The notes: generated by a model from the sequence alone, not told the origin. A stretch of DNA of 64,000 nt from Candidatus Roizmanbacteria bacterium CG_4_9_14_0_2_um_filter_38_17 (GCA_002788855.1 PFSB01000013.1:21608-85607), one strand, 5' to 3'. Numbered from the stretch's first letter, positions 19,196 to 29,447 are shown. Program-made: numbers and translations.

Positions 19196-22134
19196 TAAAT
19201 CGGATCGAAATTAGCTCATCTGTCCAGGATGCGGGAGCTGGTATATTGCTTGCTAAACTTCATAAATTAGGTTTTGCGATCAAAGTAAAGGCTGTCACAT
19301 TATCCCAGATTTACACAGTGGATGGTAAGCTGGGCAAAGTACAGCTAGATCTTGTAGCTTCTATGCTTACTAATCCCGTAACCCATAAAGTTGTTATTAA
19401 TTCGGTAGGGGAGATTAAAAAATTTAATTGGGCGTTAGAGATTGGTTTTTTGCCGGGTGTCACAGATAATGTTGCAAAGACAACTAGGGAGGCAATTGAA
19501 AATTTGCTAGATATACGGTTTGGTGAGAGTGAAGATGTTTATAGCTCCAATATGGTCTATATTTCAGGCAAGTTAACACGACAAGAAGTTGGATCAATCG
19601 CAGCTAATTTGGCCAATCCTCTGATTATGAGAATCCATATTAAAAGCTATAAGGAGTTTAGAAAAGATAATGGTATGGAAGAACAAGTTCCAAGAGTTAA
19701 GCTTGATGCAATGCCTAGTGTAATTGAGGTTGATCTTGATGTCAGTGATGAGGAATTAGTTGAAATAGGCAAGGAAGGAATAATGGGGAAAAAGGCAAGA
19801 AGAGGGCCACTGGCGCTGGATTTAGTATATATGCGTGAAATTCGTGACTACTTCAGAAAACTTAGGAGGAAGCCAACGGATGTAGAACTGGAATCAATAG
19901 CGCAGACATGGTCTGAACATTGTAAGCATACAATATTCGCCGATCCAATTGATGAAGTAAAAAATGGGCTATATAAAGAGTTTATTCAAAAAGCTACAAA
20001 AGAGATACGACTGCTCAAGGGTAAGGATGATTTTTGTGTATCGGTATTTACTGATAACTCGGGAGCGATTAAGTTTGATAAGAATTATTTAGTAACGGAT
20101 AAAGTAGAAACTCACAATAGCCCTTCAGCTTTGGATCCGTATGGCGGAGCAATTACAGGTATAGTTGGTGTAAATAGAGATACGATTGGATTTGGACAGG
20201 GGGCTAGACCCATTGCGAATAGGTATGGGTTTTGTTTTGCTGATCCAGGTGACATCGCCCCATTGTATAAAGGAAAAAATAAAACGCAAAAAATGCTATC
20301 TCCAAAATTCATCATGGAGGGGGTTATTGAGGGTGTGAATGTAGGTGGGAACTGTTCTGGTATTCCAACACCGCTTGGATTTTTACAGTTTGATAGCCGT
20401 TATAAAGGTAAGCCACTCGTATTCGTGGGAACCGTTGGTTTAATTCCTACTACGATTAAGGGAAAGGCGTCATATAAAAAGAGGGCAAAGCCAGGAGATT
20501 ATATTGTGATAATTGGAGGAAGAGTAGGGAAAGATGGTATTCATGGGGCTACATTTTCATCCGAAGCTTTGGATACGGGTAGTCCTGCAACAGCAGTACA
20601 GATCGGTGATCCCATAACTCAAAAAAAGCTTTCAGACGCTGTGGTAAAGGAGGCAAATAGGCAAAAACTATTTAATAGTATTACAGATAATGGAGCAGGA
20701 GGTATTTCGTGTTCAGTAGCCGAAATGGCTAAAGAGTGTAGTGGTTGTGAAGTGAACTTGGATAAAGTACCCCTTAAATATCCCAATTTGTCACCGTGGG
20801 AGATCTGGATTTCAGAATCTCAAGAGAGAATGACACTTGCAGTTCCCCCAGTTAAGTGGCTTAGATTTAAAAAACTTATGGAGAGTAGGGGAGTAGAAGT
20901 TGCTAATATTGGTAAATTTAGTAGTACTGGAATGTGCACCGTTTGGTACAAAGACCGAAAAGTAATGGATTTAAGCATGGATTTTTTACATGATGGTCTA
21001 CCAATTAGACCTATGCAAACTAGCTTTATAAGAACAAGGTATAAAGAACCAAAAATAGCTCATAATAAAAACTTAAATAAAGAAATATTACAGATGTTGG
21101 GAAGGGTAAATTTGACAGGGTTTGAATTTATTTCTACACAGTATGACCACGAAGTACAGGCAAGCTCGGTTCTTAAGCCTTTGCAAGGGAAGGGAAGAGT
21201 AAATGGAGAAGCAGCGGTAATAAAACCTGTTTTTAATTCTGATAGAGGAGTAGTGTTATCGCATGGGCTTTGCCCTTCGTATAGTGATATAGATACATAT
21301 CATATGGCAGCTTGTTCTATAGATACAGCTGTTAGAAATGCGGTAGCGGTGGGCGCTAATATTGATTACTTGGCATTACTGGATAATTTTTGCTGGTGTA
21401 GCTCAAGTGATAAAGCACGGCTAGGACAGCTAAAAAGAGCAGCTGAGGCTTGTTATGATACGGCAGTTTCTTATGGCACCCCGTTTATATCTGGTAAAGA
21501 CAGCATGTTTAATGATTTCAAGGGTTATGATGATAAAGGTAATCCAACCATAATCTCTATCCCCCCTACTTTACTTATATCCTCTATTGGTGTCATTGAG
21601 GATATATATAAAGTAGTAAGCTTAGACTTTAAATTTGCTGGTGATTACGTCTATTTACTTGGAGAGACAAACGATGAGTTGGGTGGCAGTGAGTATTATT
21701 CGATGCTTGATGAGATCGGAAATAATGTGCCAAGGGTCGATGCCGCAAGAAACAAGAGGCTTTACAGGGCATATTACAGAGCCATACAGAAGAATTTAAT
21801 TTCTTCTGGCTTGGCAATTGGTAAAGGTGGACTTGGTGTTGCACTGGCTAAAAAAGCTATTGCTGGTCAGCTGGGAGTTAAAGTTAGAATTAGTGATTTG
21901 CTAGGTAGAGACATAGATAGAATCTATACAGCTTTATTTAGCGAGAGCCAAGGAAGACTTTTGGTGAGCGTAAACCCAGAAAACGCAGCTGAGTTTGAAA
22001 AGGAAATGTTAGGTCAGTCAATTGTTAAACTCGGTGAAGTAACCAAAAATAGTAATTTTGTTGTTAAAGACATAGTTAATCTAGATTTGGATAAAATGAC
22101 AAAAGTATATAGGTCAAGTTTTAAAGGATATTGA
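19192..22134 (+). CDS. purL: FGAM synthase PurS-PurL fusion (N-terminal PurS-like ~90 aa + PurL)
   Basis: 980 aa; PurL AIRS/AIRS_C duplicated domains; N-terminus resembles PurS; no separate purS ORF present. Confidence 0.85.
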   Translation: MINRIEISSSVQDAGAGILLAKLHKLGFAIKVKAVTLSQIYTVDGKLGKVQLDLVASMLTNPVTHKVVINSVGEIKKFNWALEIGFLPGVTDNVAKTTREAIENLLDIRFGESEDVYSSNMVYISGKLTRQEVGSIAANLANPLIMRIHIKSYKEFRKDNGMEEQVPRVKLDAMPSVIEVDLDVSDEELVEIGKEGIMGKKARRGPLALDLVYMREIRDYFRKLRRKPTDVELESIAQTWSEHCKHTIFADPIDEVKNGLYKEFIQKATKEIRLLKGKDDFCVSVFTDNSGAIKFDKNYLVTDKVETHNSPSALDPYGGAITGIVGVNRDTIGFGQGARPIANRYGFCFADPGDIAPLYKGKNKTQKMLSPKFIMEGVIEGVNVGGNCSGIPTPLGFLQFDSRYKGKPLVFVGTVGLIPTTIKGKASYKKRAKPGDYIVIIGGRVGKDGIHGATFSSEALDTGSPATAVQIGDPITQKKLSDAVVKEANRQKLFNSITDNGAGGISCSVAEMAKECSGCEVNLDKVPLKYPNLSPWEIWISESQERMTLAVPPVKWLRFKKLMESRGVEVANIGKFSSTGMCTVWYKDRKVMDLSMDFLHDGLPIRPMQTSFIRTRYKEPKIAHNKNLNKEILQMLGRVNLTGFEFISTQYDHEVQASSVLKPLQGKGRVNGEAAVIKPVFNSDRGVVLSHGLCPSYSDIDTYHMAACSIDTAVRNAVAVGANIDYLALLDNFCWCSSSDKARLGQLKRAAEACYDTAVSYGTPFISGKDSMFNDFKGYDDKGNPTIISIPPTLLISSIGVIEDIYKVVSLDFKFAGDYVYLLGETNDELGGSEYYSMLDEIGNNVPRVDAARNKRLYRAYYRAIQKNLISSGLAIGKGGLGVALAKKAIAGQLGVKVRISDLLGRDIDRIYTALFSESQGRLLVSVNPENAAEFEKEMLGQSIVKLGEVTKNSNFVVKDIVNLDLDKMTKVYRSSFKGY

Positions 22135-22931
22135 TGAAACCAAAAGTATTAGTATTTTCTGGCTATGGTTTAAATTGTGAAGAGGAGACAAAATATGCTT
22201 TTGATTTGGTTGGAGCAGACGCTACTATTGTTCATATTAATGATCTTATTGCCAACAAAAAACTGCTAAATAAATACCAAATATTGGCATTTCCAGGGGG
22301 CTTTGCCTATGGAGATGATACGGGAGCAGGTAATGCATATGCAAATAAACTCAAAAACAACCTGTGGGAGGATTTAGTCAGGTTTATTAATAGAGACACA
22401 CTTACAATTGGAATCTGTAACGGTTTTCAGATTATTGCTAACCTTGGTTTGCTGCCCGCAATAAATAATAAATATGGCGAAAGACAAATAGCTCTATTGG
22501 CAAATGATTCAGTAAGATATATCGTTCGCTGGGTGGACCTTAAAGTAGAAAGTAGCTCTCCTTGGCTTAATGGAATTAAGGAACTATCTATTCCTATTGC
22601 TCATGGAGAGGGAAAGTTTTATGCAGAAAGCACTCTCTTAGATAAGTTAGAAAGTGAAGGTCAAATTGCATTAACATATACAAATGGTCCTATCTGTGAG
22701 CACTTTGAGTATGATGCAAATCCCAATGGCTCTCTTCGGGATATTGCAGGTGTTACTGATCCAACTGGTAGAATACTTGGGTTAATGCCACATCCAGAGC
22801 GCGGAATGTTCTTTACTCAGCTTCCCCACTGGACATATCTAAAAGAGCAACATTTGAGAGAAGGTAGGAAGTTTCCAAAATATGCAGACGGCCTAAAGAT
22901 ATTCAAAAATGCTGTGAAGTGTTTTAAATAA
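22131..22931 (+). CDS. purQ: FGAM synthase glutaminase subunit
   Basis: Class I GATase: ICNGFQ, HGEG, MPHPER; 266 aa. Confidence 0.85.
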   Translation: MMKPKVLVFSGYGLNCEEETKYAFDLVGADATIVHINDLIANKKLLNKYQILAFPGGFAYGDDTGAGNAYANKLKNNLWEDLVRFINRDTLTIGICNGFQIIANLGLLPAINNKYGERQIALLANDSVRYIVRWVDLKVESSSPWLNGIKELSIPIAHGEGKFYAESTLLDKLESEGQIALTYTNGPICEHFEYDANPNGSLRDIAGVTDPTGRILGLMPHPERGMFFTQLPHWTYLKEQHLREGRKFPKYADGLKIFKNAVKCFK

Positions 22932-23642
22932 GTGTCAAACGTCCAACGTTTGACACTTATTGTGTGAATTCTTTTAGGCTTCCGATGGTGTTGAAGTTGT
23001 GTTTGATAAATTCCATATTTAGTAATTTATTATCCTTTAAATCTATGTATACGGGCCATGAAGACCATATATATTTGTGTAGATTTTCCTTTTCAATTAA
23101 CTCGGCAACTAATGGATTAAGATGAATGTATCTAATTAATTGAATTAGTTGCTCATCTGTTAGAACAATGACTGACTTTGCATTGCTTTCGAATACAGAT
23201 CCCTTGAAATCATGTTTAGTATTTAGGTACTTTGAGTAACTTGTTAGCAGTCTGTGAATGTATTCTGATATGCCATCGTCTCTAAGCTGTTTAAGTACTA
23301 AGTGAAAATGGTTTGGCATTTCAACATATGCTAGAATATCAACTGGCGCAGATTTATATTTGTTGTTATGTTCGTATTTCTCCATTATTTCCTCTTCTGT
23401 ACGACCTAATTTTTTACCCCGGTTTACTTCGCGTATAAATAAACTATATGAATAGTCGTAGGTCTTACACCAGAATAAAAGTTTCTCCCAGCGTTGATAG
23501 TCAGCATTGTTCATATATATTAGTGATTTGCGCACTCCACGACTGTATATGTGATAGATCTGATCAGTTATAAATTCATTTTTATGTTGCATATTAATTA
23601 AAACATTATCATTAAATGTGTCAAACGTCCAGCGTTTGACAC
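22932..23642. mobile_element. IS200/IS605-like element: Y1 (HUH) transposase gene bounded by two same-orientation imperfect hairpins (gtgtcaaacg-tccaa/tccag-cgtttgacac)
   Basis: Identical 10-bp stem hairpins at 22932-22956 and 23618-23642 on the same strand flank the tnpA-like ORF; sits exactly between the purQ stop and the purK promoter. Confidence 0.6.
22957..23592 (-). CDS. Y1 HUH transposase (IS200-like TnpA / REP-associated tyrosine transposase family)
   Basis: HUH motif PNHFHLVL, catalytic Tyr motif RYIHLNP, N-terminal YHIYSRG; 211 aa. Confidence 0.7.
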   Translation of the reverse strand: MQHKNEFITDQIYHIYSRGVRKSLIYMNNADYQRWEKLLFWCKTYDYSYSLFIREVNRGKKLGRTEEEIMEKYEHNNKYKSAPVDILAYVEMPNHFHLVLKQLRDDGISEYIHRLLTSYSKYLNTKHDFKGSVFESNAKSVIVLTDEQLIQLIRYIHLNPLVAELIEKENLHKYIWSSWPVYIDLKDNKLLNMEFIKHNFNTIGSLKEFTQ

Positions 23643-23665
23643 TATATATTGTTATAATGTAGCTG

Positions 23666-24796
23666 ATGTTTGGTAATAGAATAGGTATTGTGGGTGGGGG
23701 ACAATTAGGGAGGATGCTGGGATTTGCTGCTAAGAAAATGGGGTTTTATGTTATGGTAACTGATCCAACTCCCAATAGCCCTGCGGGGCAGGTAGTAGAT
23801 CATCAGATAGTTGCGAATTATCAGGACGAGAAAGCTATTAGAGAGTTAGGAGAAAACTCGGATTTTCTTACTTTTGAGATAGAGCTAGCAAATGCAGAAA
23901 TATTAAAAGAGCTATCAGATAAAGGTTTACAGATTAATCCATCTGCAAAAACATTGGGTATTATAAAAGATAAGCTGGAGCAGAAAAAATTTCTACAAAA
24001 AGCAAAAGTACCAACAGCTAAGTTTATGGAAGTTAAATCTCGGGAAGATATTATTAAGGCAGGAGCGAAATTTGGTTATCCACTGATGCTGAAAGCTAGA
24101 TTTGATGCCTATGATGGAAGAGGCAACGCAGTTATAAAAACAAAGGAAAATATTAATCAAGCTCTGATAAAACTTGATGGTCGCAGATTATATGTGGAGG
24201 CCTGGGTGAAGTTTGAGAAAGAGTTGGCTGTAATGGTAGCAAGATCAACTAGTGGTGATATAAAATCATTCCCTGTTGTAGAAACTCTGCATAAGAATAA
24301 TATTTGTCACTTAGTGTTTGCACCTGCGCAAGTGAAGGGAAAAATAATAAAAAACGCCCAGAAACTGGCTAAAAATGTTATGAAAAGTTTAGGAGGAGCT
24401 GGAGTGTTTGGGATAGAGATGTTTTTGACAGATAAAGGGCAAGTGCTAATTAATGAATTAGCTCCCAGAGTTCATAACTCGGGTCACTATACTATGGAAG
24501 GATGTGCGACTTCCCAGTTTGAGCAGCATATTAGAGCAATTACAGGAATGCCCTTGGGAGATACTAAACTTATTCATCCAGCTGTAGTAATGATAAACAT
24601 TCTTGGTGAAAGAGAAGGCATTGCCCAACCCGATGGGCTGCATATGGTTCATAAGTTACCTGGTACCTCTGTGCATATATATGGAAAACTTGAGACAAGA
24701 CCTGAGCGGAAAATGGGCCACATTACGGTAGTTGCAGATGATATAAATACTGCACATAAACTAGCACTAAAAGCTCGTAAATTTGTTAAAATATAA
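23666..24796 (+). CDS. purK: N5-carboxyaminoimidazole ribonucleotide synthase
   Basis: ATP-grasp, IGIVGGGQLGRML N-terminus; 376 aa. Confidence 0.85.
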   Translation: MFGNRIGIVGGGQLGRMLGFAAKKMGFYVMVTDPTPNSPAGQVVDHQIVANYQDEKAIRELGENSDFLTFEIELANAEILKELSDKGLQINPSAKTLGIIKDKLEQKKFLQKAKVPTAKFMEVKSREDIIKAGAKFGYPLMLKARFDAYDGRGNAVIKTKENINQALIKLDGRRLYVEAWVKFEKELAVMVARSTSGDIKSFPVVETLHKNNICHLVFAPAQVKGKIIKNAQKLAKNVMKSLGGAGVFGIEMFLTDKGQVLINELAPRVHNSGHYTMEGCATSQFEQHIRAITGMPLGDTKLIHPAVVMINILGEREGIAQPDGLHMVHKLPGTSVHIYGKLETRPERKMGHITVVADDINTAHKLALKARKFVKI

Positions 24797-24802
24797 GAAA
24801 TA

Positions 24803-25321
24803 ATGAAAAGTAAAAAAACTTGCTTAATAGGAATAATTATGGGAAGTGATTCAGATCTTCTCGTAATGAGAGAGGCAGCACTTGTGCTAGAAGAGTTGGG
24901 AGTAGGGTATGAGTTAACTATAGTCTCTGCGCATAGAACACCAAGTAGAATGACTGAGTATGCCGCAGGTGCTGCAAAGCGCAATATAAAAGTAATAATT
25001 GCTGGAGCTGGAGGAGCGGCACACTTACCTGGAATGACTGCTGCCATAACTACACTACCAGTAATAGGGGTTCCTATTAAGACAAGTACACTGAACGGTA
25101 TTGATTCACTATATTCAATTGTGCAAATGCCAAAAGGTATACCGGTTGCAACAGTTGCAATCAATGGGGCAAAGAATGCGGGTATTTTAGCGGCACAAAT
25201 TATTGCAACTGGAGATAAAAAACTACATAATTTGATTGGGAAATTTAGAAAAGCCCAAGAGGATGAAGTTCTTGTAAAAGCAGAAAGACTAGAGAGGGTA
25301 GGGTTTAAGGAGTATGAGTAA
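24803..25321 (+). CDS. purE: N5-CAIR mutase
   Basis: IIMGSDSDL and [10 protein letters not shown] motifs; 172 aa. Confidence 0.9.
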   Translation: MKSKKTCLIGIIMGSDSDLLVMREAALVLEELGVGYELTIVSAHRTPSRMTEYAAGAAKRNIKVIIAGAGGAAHLPGMTAAITTLPVIGVPIKTSTLNGIDSLYSIVQMPKGIPVATVAINGAKNAGILAAQIIATGDKKLHNLIGKFRKAQEDEVLVKAERLERVGFKEYE

Positions 25322-26291
25322 AATACAAGATTCGATTCCGAATATTTTAGAAACAGTAAATATTAAAGGTGTGGGTAGCAAACATTCTGGTAAAGTTCGG
25401 GACTTTTATATATTAGGAGATAGGCGTATTTTGATTACAACAGATCGCCAGTCTGCATTTAACTATAACTTAGGATTAGTGCCATACAAGGGAGCGGTAT
25501 TAAATCAGCTGTCTAAGTTTTGGTTTGATAGATCGCAGAATATTATTCCTAACCACATGATAGCAATTCCGGACCCTAATGTGATGATCGCTAAAAACTG
25601 TAAACCCATACCTATCGAGATGGTTGTTAGGGGATATATGAGTGGAGTGACCATTACCTCTATTTGGCATTCTTATCAAAAGGGTGAGAGAAATATTTAT
25701 GGGATAGACTTTCCAAATGGTTTAAATAAGAATGAAAAACTTTCTAAACCAATGCTTACGCCTACAACTCATCCTGATCCCGAGAGTGGTAGCCACGATG
25801 ATGAGAGACTAACTAGAGCTGAGATACTAGACAAGCAAATTATACCTACAGAGCAGTATCTCCAGATGGAGAAGGTGGCCTTAGAATTATTTAAGCTTGG
25901 TTCGGATGTATGTAAAAAAAGTGGATTAATACTAGTAGATACTAAATATGAGTTTGGAATCTATGAAGACAAGTTAATTCAGATTGATGAGATGCATACG
26001 CCTGATTCTTCGCGCTTCTGGATTGCAGATACTTATGAGGAGCGAATTAGTAAAGGCGAGGAACCAGATAACTTTGACAAGGAATTCTTAAGGCTCTATT
26101 ACACCACTAAACTTGGTTATAAGGGAACAGGAGAGCCACAACAAATGCCAGAAGAGCTAACTATAGACTTGGCACAGAGATATATAGATGTGTACGAGAA
26201 GCAAACAGGTGAAAAATTTGAACTATTTGACTACCCAATAGAAGATAGAATTAGAGAAAATGTAGCTAAGTATTTAGCTAATAATCCTTAG
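25314..26291 (+). CDS. purC: SAICAR synthetase (long form)
   Basis: SAICAR_synt family; 325 aa; operon position after purE. Confidence 0.85.
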   Translation: MSKIQDSIPNILETVNIKGVGSKHSGKVRDFYILGDRRILITTDRQSAFNYNLGLVPYKGAVLNQLSKFWFDRSQNIIPNHMIAIPDPNVMIAKNCKPIPIEMVVRGYMSGVTITSIWHSYQKGERNIYGIDFPNGLNKNEKLSKPMLTPTTHPDPESGSHDDERLTRAEILDKQIIPTEQYLQMEKVALELFKLGSDVCKKSGLILVDTKYEFGIYEDKLIQIDEMHTPDSSRFWIADTYEERISKGEEPDNFDKEFLRLYYTTKLGYKGTGEPQQMPEELTIDLAQRYIDVYEKQTGEKFELFDYPIEDRIRENVAKYLANNP

Positions 26292-26322
26292 GTGTCAACT
26301 CAACCCACTCCAGGAGTGGGTT
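26290..26322. terminator. 33-bp repeat element aggtgtcaactcaacccactccaggagtgggtt filling the gap between the convergent purC and purM stop codons; likely a bidirectional terminator hairpin
   Basis: 9-bp stem acccactcc/ggagtgggt followed by TTTT on + and equivalent on -; two further copies at 48431-48463 and 57451-57513. Confidence 0.5.
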
Positions 26323-27429
26323 TTAGGGAGTGTAGATTATATTTTTTGGTTCGATGATAACCTGCTTTTTGCCCTTTTTTACGTATCCCATATTAAGAAG
26401 ATTAATTTTATGTTTTTTACAGATACGACTCATTCTGGTTTCTACATCTGTTGGTGCAAAGATAACAAACCCTAATCCCATGTTCCAGGTCTCATAAGCT
26501 TCCTCTTCTGACATATTTTCTAGCGCCTGCATATAAGCTAATACGCGAGGCTTTTTTGGCAGCTTGTTTATTAAGTAGGTGTAGCTCTTTTTATTGCGCA
26601 TGACTTTTCTGAATGCACTACCGGAAATATTGCTCATGTAGTGAATATCTACTCCTGATTTCAGCATCTCTAGAACTGGTTTTACGTAGATTTGAGTTGG
26701 TTTTAGCAGCTCTTCTCCAAGCGTCTTATTGCCGAACCTAGTAAAGTATCCTTGAGGCAGTTTCTCAACTATACGCCTTGCGAGAGATAAGCCATTTGTA
26801 TGAATTCCACTAGCTGTTAGTGCATAGATTCTATCTCCAGATTTCAGTTTTTTACCAAAAATTGCTGCTGATTTAGGCTTAATCATACCAATGGCAGAAC
26901 CAGTGATACTGGATGTCTTAGGCGATATTATATCTGTCAAAGTAGGTGATTCACCACTGGGAATAGCTATTCCTGCCTCCATGCAGCCTTTACGTAATCC
27001 TTTGAATAATCCAGAAATGAATTCCTTGTCAGTGAATTTTTTATAATTACCCGCTGCTATTTCATCAGATAAGGCGATTGGTGTTGCACCTAGGCAGATC
27101 ATGTCATTCATATTGGAAGCAATAAGATCTATTCCTAGTCCTTGATACAGTGTTGAAATTCGACCTTTGAATTTTCTCTTATCAGAGCGTATATCCTGAG
27201 CCATGTTATCTGCAATAAGACTTTTGGTGCCGATACCGTCTGTTTTAAAAGCGAGATAGAAGTCGTAATCTTTAAAATCCAATAATGCTGCGGGCTCCCC
27301 CAGACTTTCAGTAACTATATTAATCTTATTTTTTGCTAAATTATGCTGCGTTGCATTGAGAAGATCTATGAATCCTTGCTTAAATGGATCCTTTTTTTCA
27401 AAGCCTTCTATGTCTTTGTATCTTGTCAT
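26323..27429 (-). CDS. purM: Phosphoribosylformylglycinamidine cyclo-ligase (AIR synthase)
   Basis: AIRS N/C domains (DGIGTKS..); 368 aa. Confidence 0.8.
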   Translation of the reverse strand: MTRYKDIEGFEKKDPFKQGFIDLLNATQHNLAKNKINIVTESLGEPAALLDFKDYDFYLAFKTDGIGTKSLIADNMAQDIRSDKRKFKGRISTLYQGLGIDLIASNMNDMICLGATPIALSDEIAAGNYKKFTDKEFISGLFKGLRKGCMEAGIAIPSGESPTLTDIISPKTSSITGSAIGMIKPKSAAIFGKKLKSGDRIYALTASGIHTNGLSLARRIVEKLPQGYFTRFGNKTLGEELLKPTQIYVKPVLEMLKSGVDIHYMSNISGSAFRKVMRNKKSYTYLINKLPKKPRVLAYMQALENMSEEEAYETWNMGLGFVIFAPTDVETRMSRICKKHKINLLNMGYVKKGKKQVIIEPKNIIYTP

Positions 27430-27491
27430 CGCGCTAATATTAAGCTTTTCTCATAGACATGTCAATCCAGTGATGATAAAATCAGTCAATC

Positions 27492-27926
27492 ATGTCAATA
27501 TTTGCACAGCACAATGATATTCAGTTTGCAGTAGGAGATACCATAAGGGTTAACTATAAAATTATAGAGAGAGTAAAAAAGGTTGGTACTGCAAAAAGAG
27601 AAGTAAAGGAAGAAGTTCACGAACGTATTCAACCATTTGAAGGGATCGTGGTAGGAATTAAAGGTGGAAGTGCAACGAAATCGTTTACTATACGCAAAAT
27701 TGCAAGTTATAATGTTGCAGTTGAGAGAATTATTCCAATTTCTTCACCTTGGTTAAAAAGTATTGAAATTGTAAGCCAAGGTAAAGTAAGAAGAGGGAAG
27801 CTAGGGTACCTTCGAACCCGCACGGGAAAATCTGCTACATATATTAAACCAAAAGTTGTTGAAGAAAAGAAAATAGTTAAGAAAGCTAAATCTACAAAAG
27901 TTGCTAAAACAGCAAAAAAGAAATAA
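27492..27926 (+). CDS. rplS: 50S ribosomal protein L19 with a Lys-rich C-terminal extension
   Basis: Conserved L19 core (FxVGDTIRV..ERIQxFEGVV..G); 144 aa. Confidence 0.85.
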   Translation: MSIFAQHNDIQFAVGDTIRVNYKIIERVKKVGTAKREVKEEVHERIQPFEGIVVGIKGGSATKSFTIRKIASYNVAVERIIPISSPWLKSIEIVSQGKVRRGKLGYLRTRTGKSATYIKPKVVEEKKIVKKAKSTKVAKTAKKK

Positions 27927-27932
27927 GGTAAA

Positions 27933-28445
27933 TTATTCTACAGCTAAGAGTTCTACTTCAAAGAGTAATGGTGAGTTTGGAGGAATTGGCCCTTGACCAG
28001 TCTCTCCGTATGCAAGATCTGAAGGTATTGTTAGCTTGCGCGTTCCTCCTACTTTCATACCCTGAACCCCTTGATCCCATCCTGGAATTACCTGGCCTAC
28101 GCCAAGAGTAAAGCTAAATGGAGCTCCTCGATCCAGTGAACTATCAAACTTGGTTCCATTAAGTAGTCTTCCAGTGTAATGTACAGAAATTGTAGCTCCG
28201 GAAGTTGCTTCCGCACCACTGCCAACTACAATATCTTCTGCTAGTAATTCTGTAACGACTGCGGTATTGGAGTCATCTGGGCTTGTGGAAACTGGTTGTG
28301 ATTCAGAGATTGCTTGAGGTACGCTGAGACCAATATCCACCTGTTTGTCTGTATTTGTATTCTTTTTCATTATATATAATCCCCCAATAATAACTACTAT
28401 GATAATGAGTATTGTTATACGCAAACCAAACTTATCATCATCCAT
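27933..28445 (-). CDS. FKBP-type peptidyl-prolyl isomerase, membrane anchored
   Basis: N-terminal TM helix; FKBP_C domain ([27 protein letters not shown]..); 170 aa. Confidence 0.8.
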   Translation of the reverse strand: MDDDKFGLRITILIIIVVIIGGLYIMKKNTNTDKQVDIGLSVPQAISESQPVSTSPDDSNTAVVTELLAEDIVVGSGAEATSGATISVHYTGRLLNGTKFDSSLDRGAPFSFTLGVGQVIPGWDQGVQGMKVGGTRKLTIPSDLAYGETGQGPIPPNSPLLFEVELLAVE

Positions 28446-28476
28446 TATTTTGTTATTTTAACACACATAGCTCTAA

Positions 28477-29445
28477 ATGATATGGTATACTTTGTTTTGT
28501 AGTATGAACGTACAAACACTTCAGGTTTATTCCAAGGAGAATGATGGCGAACTTTTTCAGGTTATTGAAAGTTTAGCTATGGCTGGCAAAAAAATAGCTA
28601 AAGATATAAATAGAGCTGGCTTGATAGATTTGTTAGGTCTAACGGGAGAGGTAAATGTTCAAGGTGAAGAAGTTAAAAAATTAGATGAGTTTTCTAATAA
28701 AGTATTTGAAGAAGAGCTAGGCAAATCTGGAGCTGTAGCAGGGTATGCTTCTGAGGAAAACGAGGGTGTTGTGGACTATAGTAATAGTGGGCAATATATA
28801 GTAAGTGTTGACCCACTGGATGGATCTTCCAATATTGATGCAAATGTTAGCGTAGGTAGTATATTTTCAGTTTTGAAAAGAATAAGTAGAGATAAGGTTA
28901 GTGAGGTTGATTTCTTGCAAAAGGGGAGTGAGCAAGTTATGGCAGGGTATTTCCTATATGGGTCGAGCACAATGCTAGTGTATTCTACAGGTAGTAGGGT
29001 AAATGGCTTTACCAAGGACCCGGATACTGGCGATTTTATACTATCACATGAAAACATTAAAACCCCAGAGGAAGGCATTGTATATAGTATTAATGAAAGT
29101 TATTCGCTAAATTGGGATAGTAAGTTAACAAAATATATTGAACTTCTGAAAGGTAAGAAATATAAAGCAAGATACATTGGATCTTTGGTTTCGGACTTTC
29201 ATCGCAATTTATTATATGGAGGAATATACGTATACCCAGCTGATAGTAAAAATGTTGACGGAAAGTTAAGACTTGTTTATGAATGCAATCCTATAGCGTT
29301 TGTAGTTACTCAAGCTGGGGGGAGAGCAACTAATGGTGATGAAGATATTTTAGATATAATCCCTACAAAAGTTCATCAAAGAACACCATTTTATGTAGGA
29401 AGTAAGGGAGATATTGAATTATGGAAGGAGGTAGATCAAAAGTAA
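28477..29445 (+). CDS. fbp: Fructose-1,6-bisphosphatase class 1 (probable true start MNVQTL at 28504)
   Basis: DPLDGSSNID metal-binding motif and FBPase fold. Confidence 0.85.
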   Translation: MIWYTLFCSMNVQTLQVYSKENDGELFQVIESLAMAGKKIAKDINRAGLIDLLGLTGEVNVQGEEVKKLDEFSNKVFEEELGKSGAVAGYASEENEGVVDYSNSGQYIVSVDPLDGSSNIDANVSVGSIFSVLKRISRDKVSEVDFLQKGSEQVMAGYFLYGSSTMLVYSTGSRVNGFTKDPDTGDFILSHENIKTPEEGIVYSINESYSLNWDSKLTKYIELLKGKKYKARYIGSLVSDFHRNLLYGGIYVYPADSKNVDGKLRLVYECNPIAFVVTQAGGRATNGDEDILDIIPTKVHQRTPFYVGSKGDIELWKEVDQK

Positions 29446-29447
29446 AC

